This document shows, in pieces, positions 11,319 to 25,651 of a stretch of 64,000 nt of DNA. Origin of the DNA: Chrysomallon squamiferum. Taxonomy: Eukaryota > Animalia > Mollusca. The position numbers were made by a program, and so were the translations under genes. A model generated the notes under the pieces. The model did not search any database, was not told the DNA's origin, and saw only the letters and a list, made by a program, of their open reading frames with translations. The stretch spans positions 8,432,001 to 8,496,000 of the forward strand of contig CM022677.1 in assembly GCA_012295275.1 (NCBI GenBank), in the 5' to 3' direction. Position 1 is the first letter of the stretch, and every line of letters begins with the position of its first letter.

Positions 11319-12396
11319 GTGTTATTTATCATGTCATTGTCTTAGCTTCATTTTAATAATTAGTATATATATATACAGACACACCCACAAACACATATTA
11401 TAGATAAGCAGACAGATAAAACAAGTGGTTTTTTTTTTTTTTGTTTTTTTTTTTTTTTTTGCTTGTTAGTGTTTGTGTTTTGTTTTTTTGCCTTTATTCC
11501 TATTTTTAATTTCCTTTGGTGCAGAGTTTCACTACATACTTTTCAGGGTTTTAGTAAAGATAAATTACACCCCAGGAACATCTGACAAACAATTTTTGTT
11601 TTAAATGTATGTTTCAGTGATCTAATAATACACTTACTTTTTTCATCTGTCTATTACAATGGTCAATAACAAAATAATAAGAAAAAAACTCAAAATTTGG
11701 TTCCCAAAACAGCATGTTAGACTAGGAAGACAACTGTACTTCAGATAAGACAGACGACTCTTTACTACTTCTGATAAAGTTAAACTTTATTTATTTATTT
11801 TTTACAATTTCTTAATAGGATAAATTTGTTAAGATTGTACTAACTTTATACATTTTCCAGTCAGACACAGAGAAACAGATGATTATACTTGTTTTCAATG
11901 TTTTTAACAATGATCAAAATACCAAACAAGAATCCTCTGTATGTATAGATAACGTCACTGTACTGATAAAGTAAATAAACAAGAAAAAAGAAAATAAAGT
12001 AGATAAGAAATACAACATGTTAGACAATGAAGATGATGCCTGCTCAACTGTACTTCATTCTAAGATAGACTACTCTTTACCTTACCACCTCAGAGAATGT
12101 TAACCTTTTTATTTATTTTTTATTTTTTATAATATCATTTTATGAAGAATAATTTTATAAATGTTCCTCACAGGTAACACAAATACTGTTTGCTTTTAAA
12201 TGACTAAGAGAATGAGAATGCACTTTATGTAGAGAAAAATACAGTGCAATAATATATAATATAAAACTTGAAAAGAAACACTACATTAGACTAGGGAGCT
12301 GAAGGTGCTAAATACTTTTTTCTACAGAATCTCACTGAGACAAACATCATCATCAAGTATGTTAATTAAAGTCAGAAACCTATGATTACTCCTTTT

Positions 12397-12560
12397 TGGT
12401 TTTAAATATCTTTTACAGTGGTATTAAAATATCTTTTACAATGGTATATACTACCTTTTGTTTTAAATATCTTTTACAATGGTACATAATACCTTATGTT
12501 TTAAACATCTTTTACAATGATATATTATATCTTTCGTTTTAAATATCTTTTACAACGAAA
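12397..12560. repeat. Short tandem repeat with TTTTAAATATCTTTTACAATGG core, about 5 copies
   Basis: Core recurs at about 23-39-bp spacing. Confidence 0.7.
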
Positions 12561-14489
12561 TACTACATTTTGTTTGAAATGACTGATACAGTGGACAGAA
12601 CAAAGCATTAGTGTCACTATGTAGAAATGATTAACTACAGTAATACACCACATGAAAACTAAAATGTAGACAAACTGATAATTTCACTACAGAAAAGAAA
12701 CATTCAGTTACATGAGGTTCAGTGCAGTGATTTTCAGGATACTCCAGAATAAGATAAGCAAATCATTAATTTACTACTTCTTCAGATTACTTTTTACAAA
12801 AACCAGTCAAGAGTGCTAAGTGGATTCAGGAGTTGTACAAATTCATATGATTACTTATCTGATTTATAACAACAAATAAACAAATAAATTGCTGAAAAGT
12901 AAACTTCAGAAAACATTAAAGAAAAGTGTCAGTTTGCTTAGGTTTTATTAAAGCCACCAAGAAACATCATTTATTTAAATACTGTTTACAGTGTGGAAGG
13001 AAAATCAGATACCAACAAAGAGGAGGATATATGCAGAGAAAGGTTCAATGCAACAGTACACTGAACTTTTAAAGACAATGCTAATTTTATCATAAATACT
13101 TTTTTCTACAGAACCTCACTGTCACATTATCATGACCATTACAAACAGGATTTGCATCATCATCATGAATGTCAACAAACTAAAACTGCTCAGTTTCCAG
13201 TGCTCAGATTAAAGAAACAGTGTCACTATGTAAAACAAAAACTGATGATGAACTTTTTAAGATAATGCTGATATTAAATTTTATCATCAATCTTTGATAA
13301 ATACTTTTTTCTACAGAAGCACTGAATCATACCATTATCATTATAGTTACAAACGGTACATATACCATCATCATATATATTAAAAAATAAAATTGTTCAG
13401 TTTCAGTGAAGAAAAAACTTCAACCAGAAAAGAAACCAAAACTTCAGGAAACATCCAGAACATTGTCAGATACGACATCAGAGATATCCCCTCACATCAT
13501 AACATCTTCCTCACAGTTTCAAACATCAGACATCTCCCTCCCATATGACATATGTCCATAACAGAAAGTGTTTGTTTTACAGTGTCTAGAGAAAAGGACA
13601 GAATGTCTACTGAATAGGAACAAAAATAATACATAAAATGAAAAAAATAAAAATGAATCTTGTAATTTGATTATAGAAATTCTGACAACTTTAGAACTTT
13701 TCACATAAAATGAAAAAAATAAAAAATAATAAAGAGCTTCTGATAAATTTTCAGAGTAACTTTAAACAAATGTCTTCAGATAATGACTAAACTGACATTT
13801 CTATAAAACAGCCAGAGTAGGCTTCAGAAAGTAATAATAATAACATAACATTTCATTTTGTAAACAAGGAATGGCCTCTACTTAGCATTATAAATCATAT
13901 TATACCTGTGTTTTGAATACATATATATTATGAAAAATAATAATAACATTAAAAAAAATAGTGCTGAACAGGCAGATCTAATGAAGATTTGTACAATTAT
14001 ACATATACAAAAAGGCCTTTAAATATAGTTGTATTTAATTACTGTCATGATCAAATTATTAACAGAAAAACATAGGAAATGAAAACAAGAAAATAAAAAC
14101 TCAGAAATCTTCCAAAGCATCCTCATATGTACAACCATCAGAGACATTCCCCTTACAAAGACTTGTGTCAACAAGGAAAGGCTGTGTAGGGAAAACATTT
14201 GTGCAGTGATGCACAAGATATATTTAAAAAAAATAATAATAAATAGAAACTTATGATTCTGTTAAAGAAACATTAAAGAAACAATAATATTGTTTTCATT
14301 ACATTCTAAACAAAAAATGGCAACTACGGAAATGTATCAGAAATATATCATATGACGCTCAGCAGAAATGTATAAAATAAATAACAATAATAATAAAATA
14401 GAGAGTTGATACAGATACTAAAACATTATAAAAACATTTTATCTTCTTTGTTTTTTAAATATCTTTTGCACTAGTCCAGGACAAAGTGA

Positions 14490-14790
14490 TAGTATCCACT
14501 ATGTTGATGTTCATAAATGGAGTGGAGATATACATAAAGAAAGGGGTTCGACAGGGAGACACTGTATCACCCAAACTGTTTCCTGCCAAACTATATCAGT
14601 CACCTTCTTTTTATATTCTATGAGAAAACAGACGGCATGAACTAAAAAAAAAAAAAAAAAAATTAATATCAGGAAACACGCTAAGAGGTGTGACAGATGT
14701 AATAGAGCAGATTAGAAGACAAAGTAGGCATGGGTAGAAAATGCAACAATGAAAAACGAAACAGATGGACATTACAAGTAAACAACGTGT
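14490..14790 (+). mobile_element. RTE-clade LINE remnant (two joined fragments)
   Basis: 14522.. translates VEIYIKKGVRQGDTVSPKLF (non-LTR RT QG motif). From ~14687, GVTDVIEQIRR...NRWTLQV resembles the RTE C-terminal region. Confidence 0.75.
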
Positions 14791-17700
14791 ATTTTAATTA
14801 TCTCTGATAAATAATTTTAAAAACTGTTATATAAAAAAAAAATGGAATAAAATGTTATTGAATTACAGAGTGCTTTTGTAGATATATGAATTATGAAGAG
14901 CTAAAACACAAACTATCTATTAACAAGCATGGTTAAGTACATCAAAAATGAAAAACATGAGATTTTCTTTCTTTCAACTTCTTGTTTTACTCCCTTGATG
15001 TTTGTGAAATTTGTTTTCCACTGACTAGTAAGATGAAGCTGCAGTTTTATTTTAATGTTTTACAAAATGTTGTCCTTGAATATTTCTGAAATAAAATGTA
15101 ATTATCGTTTCATATAAAACAAACAATATATCTATATATAATTATTTTTAGTCCATTAAAATATTTGTTCTGATAAAGTTCTTTTTAATTTTATTTGTGG
15201 TGTTTATAACAAAAATTATTTTAATGATAAATGATTTTATTTAAATGACAGTGTATCTCATGACTAAATAATAAACAAAATAGACTAATCATTTTCATTT
15301 ATTTATTGTTTTTTAGTTAATATATTAATCTTTTATTTGTTACATAAATATTTATTATAATAATATAAACAATAAATTAATTACTTTAGAATATAGACTC
15401 TGTACATCAGCAAGTGAGTTCAAATAAATTTTAATTCTGAAGTCTTCTTTTTTTAACTCTCCATAACATTCCATTTTAGTCACCATCTGTAAATAAGTAA
15501 ACAAATTCATTGATACTACCTTTATATCAATACAATTTCATATCAGTTGTTTACATTTATAATAACAAAATATCTTAACATCAACATTACATTTTGATAC
15601 AAACCATTTTACAGAAATTTCCACTAGAAAAAGTTAACTGTTTACAGTTATTTGCTAGCAGAAAAAATAAAAAATTAAAAAAGGCTGAATATGACAGATA
15701 TTTACTTAATTTTATATTATTAGTTTTAATGAAAGGTAAGAATAGACACCTGTAATTAAGAATTAACAATAATACATCACAGATTTGTTGTTTAGATTGC
15801 CTTAGTTTTAAGGAAATGTAACAATAAATAATTAAGATTTAACAATAATACATGTCACAGATATACTTAGTTTTATGTTATTAGTCTTATTTCTAAGTTG
15901 ATGGTTATCTATATTCTGGAATAAAAAACAATATTTATTTTAACCATTGATTTATATGATCAAGGCAAACTTTATCATTTTTGAATAACTAATTTTGAAA
16001 GTAACATATAATTAGTAATAGTATACACATATACCTACATATAATCAGAACAATTACAGCATCTTCATCTTTTATTTTTTCTGTAACTAAAACTAAACAT
16101 GAAAAATTAAAAATAGTTCTAAAAAGGCTTTACATTCACCAAATAATAATAACAGTAGTAGTAGTTTATATATTAACAGTTATGTAAATTGGAGTAATAG
16201 TAATAATACAGTACATAAATAGCTGTCAATTATTTAAGTGATTTCTATAGTAACACACTGTAATGTCTATTTAGTAGTAATATACACTATTGACATTTAT
16301 TAGTAGTAGTAATATACAATTAAATAAAAGTTATGTAAATAATAATAGTATCAGTAATATATTACATTCAAGTAGATAAAAATATTTTTTTATTAACTTG
16401 TAAAAATACTCATATATAACTTGTTCTTTTCAGTAATAAAATTTGCATTATTATTATTATTACAAAAATAATAATAAACAAGAATTATTAAAATAGTGAT
16501 TGTAATGAAAAATAACCTTTAAAGACAGTGATGAATATGAATTAAAAAATTACCAATAAATGATAAGATCTCTCAATATTGTTGAGCAGTTTTTAAAAGA
16601 TTTCGTAAGAATTCTGTTATCTCCAAAATGAAATTCATTCTTCAAACAAGTTAAACACTCTCTTTCTCCTGAATATTTTATTATGCTCCTAAAAATTAAG
16701 AGGCTGGTTAGGAAGTAACAAACTATTTAAAACATTAATTATAATTTATTTCTTATCTCTTTCTCTCTCAAACATAGTTTAATTTCCAGTTACAAACACT
16801 GTGTGATAAGTGTGATAAGATCAGTACAGTGACCATTCCAAAGGGTTTTCTCTTTTTTCTTTTATTTTCTTTATCATTAATTTCTTCTTAACTATGAAAT
16901 CTGGTATTAATGTATATATTAATATAACTATAAAATCTGGAATTAAAGCATATTATGGTTATATAATCGGTTACAGACGCCTTTTCTTTTCTTTTTTTTT
17001 TTAAATGGTAAAAATATGCAGATAAAGCATTCCAGTTTCACAGTGTTTGGTAATTCATCATTTTTCATTAAATCTAGCAAATAGATCACTAAATAACCAA
17101 GGAAACTTTTTGAATATTGTATATAATCCAGAATTTTGACAGAAAAATCTGGAAATTTGGAAATCTGAAAATTTACTGTTTCTGAAAAATATCAGAGCGT
17201 GATTAATTGTAATCCTGTATATTACGCTATATAACCATGAGAAGTTTGTAAATACTATGAAAGACGATTTTGGTAACGTATTGGTATTTTTGTTGAGGAG
17301 ACTTCACTAGCGTCTAAAATGAAAACGAGGCTGCAGACGAAAATGGCTAGGCGCGAATCGATGCGCTGTCACATACCGAAATATGAGGAAAACGAAGACT
17401 ATAAAATAAACCCATCGAGTTTGCCCTGTGATATACTTTAGGCTAAATTATTACATAATTAACTTAAAACAGACCAATAAAATGCTATCTAGTGATTTTG
17501 TAAAGTTTAAGATGCCGAAACGACACTTCAATACCCAATTTGACCGGTTTTTTTGGTTTTTTGTTTTTTTTTTTTTTTTTTTTAATAAACTGCTTTATTA
17601 TATACTTAATTTATTATAAAAAATATTTTTCTTTTATTTATTAATTCAGTTTGGGACGGTAGGCTGCGTAAATTTCTTTGTAATGCAGTTGGTTCAAGAT

Positions 17701-19003
17701 TTGAATAAAAACCCCATCTGTTATGACTTTTGATTATGAAAAAAATTAATGTCAGATTTATCTCTTCGTCTCAAGTGTTCTATGGTAATAAATTTTGAAA
17801 TAAAATTAAATATGTTTATTTGAAAGTAGTTGGAAAAAAACTTACCCTCGAATATCTTTTCTCTTTTTTTATTACCCAACATACTCTTCCTACATCCGGT
17901 AGTACTTTCTAACCGATACTTGTTTCTTCCTCTATAACAACGACAGCAACAATAATAATTAAAATGAAAAACGAGAGTAGCAACAATAATAATAAATAAT
18001 GATGCCAATGTCAGCGATGTCCAGTAAAGCAGAAATGTGGATGATGATTTGAAACAACAAGAAAAAATTGAAATAAGTTGATAATAACATCAGTTGTAAT
18101 AACGATAACGACAACTGTAATAAATAAATTAGTAAATAAATAAATAACAAAACACAAAAACGAAAGACATAATGATGAGAAATGATGACGATGAAGACAA
18201 CGACAACGAGTAAATAATAATCAAATACCACACAACAATCTTAATTAACAGCAGTTTAAATCATTTAATTATAAGAAAACGCGCCTATATAGACGATGGT
18301 CGCAGCAACAGATATAATTACGATGGAGATTATAATGATGATAACAAAAACTAACATGATGACAACATTAACATTAACGACAACAACAGTAGTATTTAGC
18401 AATAATTTAAATCAAAAAACAGAACACAAGCTACTTTTGTAAAAAAAAAAAAATATATATATATAATATATGTTTGAATTTTTCATGTTACGTGACACTA
18501 ATTTATCCAATCCAAAGTTTTAATGGAATTGCACTCTAATCAAGTGGAATTACTAGACATCTATACCGTCATATTGCGAAACCATTTATAAATTTGAATG
18601 AAAGACATCAGTATTTGTTGTCGATAAATGAGAGATAACATTTATGTAACAAGGTAAGAATGACAACTTTACACGAGTTATAATATCTTGATTCAATTAC
18701 ATATAGAAAATAGAATTATTAGAAAGTAATTATATAATTAGGATTCTTGGTCGACTAAACCTTTCCACGGAATTCCCACACTTTAAGAACAGGGATTCTC
18801 TCCAACTCCAACGAATTCCTATTCCAAATAGCGTCAGTGTCTGTTGTACTGACACTAACAGAAGAAAAGATTTTAGATAATAGTAGCTAATAGTAACTCT
18901 GTGATTAGCAGAATTATTTGTAATTTTTAACAATTAAATTAAATATGTCATTTAAAAAGTAAACTAATAAAATTTAGATTTCTTTCTAGGTAAACAAATT
19001 ACA

Positions 19004-19096
19004 ATGAAGTATATTATTAAACAATTTCTGATTTTATATGGTTTGTATTATTACTTGCTGATAAGTGTTTTTGATTATTATTATTATTACTATTAA

Positions 19097-19144
<48 letters not shown>

Positions 19145-19782
19145 ACGTAGATATTTTTTAGTAATAAAACTATGACGAAAGAAATTTCAGTAATTAGTAA
19201 TAATATTAATAGTAATAATAATTAGTATTATTTTTGTTATTATTATGTTATGTAATCGCAAACATCACACTAATTAATAATAGTGGTATATTTTGTTGCT
19301 TCCAATAAATCGGTTATTTAGATTTTAAACCATAAACTAAAACAATAAAAATACTAACAATAATTTATATACTTTGTTGTTTCCAATATAACATTTTTTT
19401 TAAAATTATTAGATAAAATGTTTTAAAAGTATTAATTATTTTTAAAGTTCAGATTTTTTTTTTAAATTTTTGAAGGAGAATTAATTGATTTTATATCTGC
19501 TTGTAGTTATTATTTCAGCCACTGCTAGCTGGACTGAGTGGGTGAAGGAAATGGAGAACTGCAGTGTTACCTGTGGGAGTGGCAGTCTTGTAAGTGTCTA
19601 CAAACGAACATGCAGTGCTGGAGCCGACAGCTGTATAGGAAGTGACACAAAGAATACAATATCAGAATGTTCACTTAGAAAGTGTCCAGGTACTACTACT
19701 ACTGCTACTCCTATTACCACTACTGCAACTACCACTATTACTACTACTAGTACTCTACTTCTACGACTACTTCTAAATACAC

Positions 19783-19818
<36 letters not shown>

Positions 19819-20966
19819 TATAATAATCTCAATTTATATGTATTTTTAATCAGTTATAACTTGGATTTTGTTACAAAGATATCATTGTAATTTTGATATA
19901 GCTTTTGAAATAGTTATCTTTGTAATTTGCTAATTAATAATATTTTATTTCAAATTCTTCATATTTTCAGTATTCCTATTATTTCTGCTCTGTATATATT
20001 AATTACAAAACTGGGTTTACAATGTGTCTTATTGAAAACTATCCATTCACCAATGTTGTTATTTATTTATTTATGCATTCATTTGTTTTTTGTTTATATT
20101 ATTAAAGTTATTTTCATTTCATATTTATTATTATTATTATTATATTTATTATTATTATCATCATCATCATCATATTTATTATTATTATTATTGTGGTTGT
20201 TGTTGTTGTTGTTCATTGTTATTATTATCTCAAAAATAAGATAAATATAAATTATTCATTTTATTGATTACTAATGGATAACATTTTTTTTTTTACTTTA
20301 TTTCAGAGAGCGTAAAATCGTCAGTGCCAGACAAAGGTAAATATAACTTAAAACAATTATTTACCGAAAAAAACACAACAAAGACATTACATTAGATAAA
20401 TTTAAATGATTAGATATGGTATCATATTAATTATTTTTTTGTTATTTATTATTTTTTTTTTTTTACTTATTAAGTAATTAATTTATTTAGTTAACTAAAT
20501 TAACTAAATTATTTATTTATTTGCTGGAGAATATTCAGTCTTAATAGGTGAATAAAATAAATCAATTTATTATGGAAAGTTTGTTATTGTGTGTGCGTAT
20601 GTGTATTTCATGAATACACCTTTATTTTATTACGCAAATTATCATTATTATTATTATTTTTAGGTTTTTTGGTTTTTTTAATAATAATTACTCCTGCCTC
20701 AAGTAGTTATAATATAATTATAATGAATAACAGTATTGACGTTTTTCAGATTTTATTATAACTGACAACACTGCAGTAACAGCAGCAGTTATAGTGTTAT
20801 GTATAGGTTTTTTCTTGGCTATTATTGGTTATTACAAGTAAGTATCTTTCTACTTACTTTCATAACAAATAATAATAACAATAGTAATAGTAATAATAAT
20901 ATTGAGAAGAAGAATCATATAGTGTTCTAAATAATTTACATATGTGTGTTTTATTCTTTTCATAAG

Positions 20967-21002
<36 letters not shown>

Positions 21003-21183
21003 TTACACAGACATATAGACATACATACATATAAATACATACACATACATACATATATTCTCATAGTACAATAACAAATTATGTTAAACATGAAGCAGAA
21101 AACCTATTTACGACAGATGTGTAATACTGACCTATTTGTTTAATTATTAAGTGCATGGACTAAAATGAACTTCTCTGTTTTCT

Positions 21184-21269
<86 letters not shown>

Positions 21270-21290
21270 AACAGGAACATTATGAAAGAG

Positions 21291-21335
<45 letters not shown>

Positions 21336-21940
21336 CTTGCTATAAAAACCAGTAATGAATAAAAAAAAATATTTAAAACAAAGATATTTTCTAAATACTT
21401 TAGCAAAGCATATAATTATAATTCATGGAAATATGTCAAAACATTTTTCTTACAAAAAAAAAGTAGTTAGTATTTCATTACTCTAGAGAAAATTAAAAAG
21501 AACAGGTATTTTTGTCAAATCTTCTTTTAAAGTAATAATCCCTGGAATACTTTTTTTTATTCTATTCAAGATCATCTTTAGAGTTACAGGGATGGAACCA
21601 AAGCAAAACTGGAAAAGCTTACAAGACAAAATTTCATTTGTCCACTGAGGAAAATTCTGTTTCAAATGACAAAGACTTTCAAATCTCAAGCCACGGTGAA
21701 GCAGAAGAATTAAACAAGAAGTTTTATGAATTATATGATGAGCAAAATACCATTTCTGCTGATTATAATGATGAACAAGTAGATAAAAATGCTGTTTCTG
21801 TTGACAATAACGATGAACAAATAGTTAAAATTACTGACAAGGATGAGCAAGGATGGAGAGAAAGTGTAGAAGAAGGAAATAATAAAATGACAGAGAACTT
21901 ATTCAGCAATGACAATCCTGTTCCGGTTGATGATGATTGA
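19004..21940 (+). CDS. Small type I membrane protein with one thrombospondin type-1 repeat, about 235 aa; exons 19004-19040, 19507-19689, 20307-20336, 20750-20837, 21571-21940
   Basis: All introns GT-AG with consistent phases (1,1,1,2); total 708 nt. Signal peptide MKYIIKQFLILYVIISATA, TSP1 WTEW...CSVTCGSG...KRTC...C...C...CP, TM AVTAAVIVLCIGFFLAIIGYY, acidic tail. Possible 5' UTR intron 18654-18989. Confidence 0.85.
21187..21328. repeat. (GA)n microsatellites in intron
   Basis: Directly visible; similar (GA)n tracts at 27217-27286 and 28318-28410. Confidence 0.95.
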
Positions 21941-23062
21941 TAGAAACATTCAGACTACCTGATCTTTTTTTTTCACTTGTTGTTATTATTATTATTATTA
22001 TTACTGGTATTGTTACTGTTATTATTATTATTATTGATTTATATTTTTATTCGTTTATTTGTTATTATATATTTATTTATTAGCAATTATTATATTATTA
22101 TTATTATTATTTATGTATTTATGTTTATTGTTTGTTTAGTATTATATTATTGTTTATTTACTTCTTTATTATTAATATTTATTGATTACCATTCTTTTTT
22201 TATTATTATTATTTCTTCTTATTTATTATTATTTATAAAATATATACACATTACATTCATAATCAGTGAAAGCTAATTTTTGAGAAATGAGCTATCTTTC
22301 AAATGACTAGTATAATACAGCCATGACAGAACAGCTAAAGAAATTGAACTGAATTTGTCTGAACGGATAACCTTAATTTTTTTCATAGCACAAGTCATGA
22401 ATCTGTTATGAATGTCTATTAATTTCTTCATTTGAAACATATTTTTTCAGATAAATGAATAAAAAGGAATATTTCATTCCAATTTAAGACTGCTGTTTTA
22501 TAGTATTTAATTAATATTTAAAATTGGAAACTGTTGAAGAAATAAAACTTTTTGAATTGATTTTTGTTGTGATTAATTCAATTTTTATTAAAAATATAAA
22601 ATTGGTTCTCTCTCTATCTCACTGAATGTCTGGCTGTAAATGTGTGTGTGTATATGTGCCTGTGTATTTAATACATTGTTAATTATAATTATATTACTCC
22701 TAATAAATCAATGAGAGAGTGTAGCTAGAAATAGTGCTTTAATGAAAATTCTGTCTATTTTAGTAATATTTTTCTGACATTTATTATAAAACACTTTCAA
22801 AAAATATAAAGCAATATGAATTACAGTAGGCATAGTTATTGCTGATCTTTACAGTAATATCTTATCACCGAATATACATTACTCCAGTATAATATGCAAG
22901 ATTTTGAGGGGTAAGAAAATGTATTCAATAAACTTGTAACTTACTGACATAAATGTCATTTATTTCTTAAGTCTGTCAGTGTTGACATAATTCAAATTTT
23001 TGATAATAATATTAATAATCATAAATGAGAAAGAAATGAAAATTAGTGAAATACCTTTTTAT

Positions 23063-23148
<86 letters not shown>

Positions 23149-23529
23149 TACCTAATTTTCGTTAAAGCGCAAATGTATGTTGTGTGTTTGTGCTTGAGAC
23201 ATGAACACAGAGAGAATTTGGTGCTGTATAAACTTACATGTTCGTGACATTGATTAGAATAAATGTGAATGCTGTTCACTTTGCGATTTTAACCAAGTTC
23301 ATTGTGCTGTCACTGAGTTTGAACAAGAACAAAAAGAAATAAATCGCTAGAACGTACTCTTGTTATTGCCTCCCTTAGCTAAGCGTTTGTTTTCTTTCTT
23401 TTAGTCGTTCTTCCATACTTTTTAATTTCTGATCAAAATGCATTAAGTACTTTCTGTTCGTTAAATCTACATTTAACATCTTGAAATTAGAAATCGAAAG
23501 CTGTTAAAAAATAAGACAGTATCAAAAAG

Positions 23530-25651
23530 TTAAATTTATATTTTGTTTAATTCGACTATATATGTAAATGACAGAAACCATTCTTTATCGATTTATTTTT
23601 GGGTTATGAGACCGCTTGTAACTTTTGTTAAATTTGAAATGATAAATCCTTATGGATTAATCTTCTTCTTCTTCTTCATATTTTTGTGTCGTCTTAATAG
23701 AATTAAGACGAAATATTGATAAATAATGAGAAAATTATTTATTTTAATTTTAATTTTTTTTACTTACACAGTATGGAGTTTGTTTGTTCTTTTCAAATGT
23801 GCATTCTTTTCTGCGATCATTTTGTCTCACTGGTTTTATGTATAAATATCGAAAGTTTCCAGACTGAAAGTTGTGATCCTTTTTTAATCCGTTACTGTAT
23901 TAGAATAATAGCGATTACGTTTTTGTATAAACATACATATTTTTGTTATAATTGACAATCAACGAAGCAATATGATTTTTTTTTTTTTTAATACTAAAAT
24001 GAACTTTTAATGTGCAGGCATGTGTTGATGGTTTTTTTTGTTTCGTTTTGTTGTTTGTGTGCGCGTGTGTGTGTGAGTTTTAATATTTACATTGGGCTGA
24101 TAATGGTTAATCGTAAGTCTCCTTTTCTCAACGCAATATGTTACTGAAGATATTACATACCACTTTCTCAACGTCAGTTATAAATCTAAACCAGTCATTT
24201 CCTGGTTTTTTGGATTCTCAAATATGTAGCTTGTGTACAGAAAAGACCACTATAATGTAGGAATAAATTATTTTAAAAATAATAATAATAATAAAACAAA
24301 TTTAAAAACTATATGTTAGTACTGTTTATTTTCTTCTACAAATCCATTAATAGGTAATACTTTAATTTACTTTATTTTTTCTTATGTATTTATCTTTCCA
24401 ATCTTCTGTATAAAAGTTTTAAATAACGTTTAAAGCAATAATTAAATAAGAAGCAGTGAAAAAAACGAGACCATTTTTGAATGAGTAATTATCAAAATTG
24501 GTCCACAAACTTTTTTTTTTTTTTTTTTTTATAATTTCTTATCTTTCTTTTATTCTTTATTTTCTTTTCTTTTCTTTTATTTTCTGTTGTTGTTATTGTT
24601 GTTATTAGACGCATTCCATATAACATAAATGTCAACGTTATTACGCAATAATATTTAAAAAAAAACAAAAAAAAAACAGAAAGGTTAAAAACCCGCTCTG
24701 TGACAAGAAAAGAAAAAAAACTGAAACTGATTTAGCCAAACGTAACAACAAATATAAGTACTATTACCATTATTATAATGGTAACAGTATTTGTATTAAT
24801 ATCGAAGGAAATTTTAATACAGGATTTGATCACGAAAAGAAAGAATATATCATAACAAAAGTAATAATAAACACAATTTGTATTATAATGAGAACATTTT
24901 TTTAAAATGTATACGACAAACTTTCACAGTGAAAAAAATAAATATCATGTCGTAAATTCTCTTAAAACCACATTTTCAGTAACCATGATATATATATATA
25001 TATATATATGATTTTAGATAAGTGCGTTACTCAGTAAATTTAATTGAATATTTCCATTAGTAAAATGATTTCTGATTAGAATTATTTAAGCCTTCCAAAA
25101 CTCAATAAAAATTGCCGAGTAATTGGAAAATTTGGTTTCTTTCATTTATTTAATACTTCATACTGCTAGTTGTTTATCTACTGCTACTACTACTACTACG
25201 TTACGACGACGATGACTAGTAATATTGCTACTGATCCTAATATTAACTGTTATTACAACTGTAACTGATAATGCTACAACAGCTACCATTGTTTCCATAA
25301 TTACTGCTACTAATACTAGTATTAATAGAAAATATTAACAGCACTACTGTATTATACTACTATAATTACTCTACTAACAGTCTTATTATAATTACTACTA
25401 ATAATATTAATACTATTACCATTTCAATACTGCTACTAATAGTTAATATTAAGACTATTAATACTCACTATTACTATTGCTACTACTTTTTCGCTACTGC
25501 TAATAGTAATAATAACCATTTCTATTGCCACTATTACTAATTAAATTTATATTTTGTTTAGTTCGTCTATGTATGTAAATGACAGAAACCATTCTTTGTC
25601 TATTTATTTTTGACTTACGAGACCGTTTGTAACGTTTGTTAAATTTGAAAT
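23530..25651 (+). repeat. Dispersed ~110-bp direct repeat pair (23530-23641 and 25541-25651)
   Basis: TTAAATTTATATTTTGTTTA...GTAAATGACAGAAACCATTCTTT...GTTAAATTTGAAAT occurs twice with few changes. Confidence 0.8.

Noticed and set aside
16956-17239. 11-bp inverted repeat ATGGTTATATA as a possible MITE
   Set aside because: Short, AT-rich and without a convincing TSD.
17280-17430. CpG-richer patch resembling a promoter or TE fragment
   Set aside because: No linked exon or termini could be identified.
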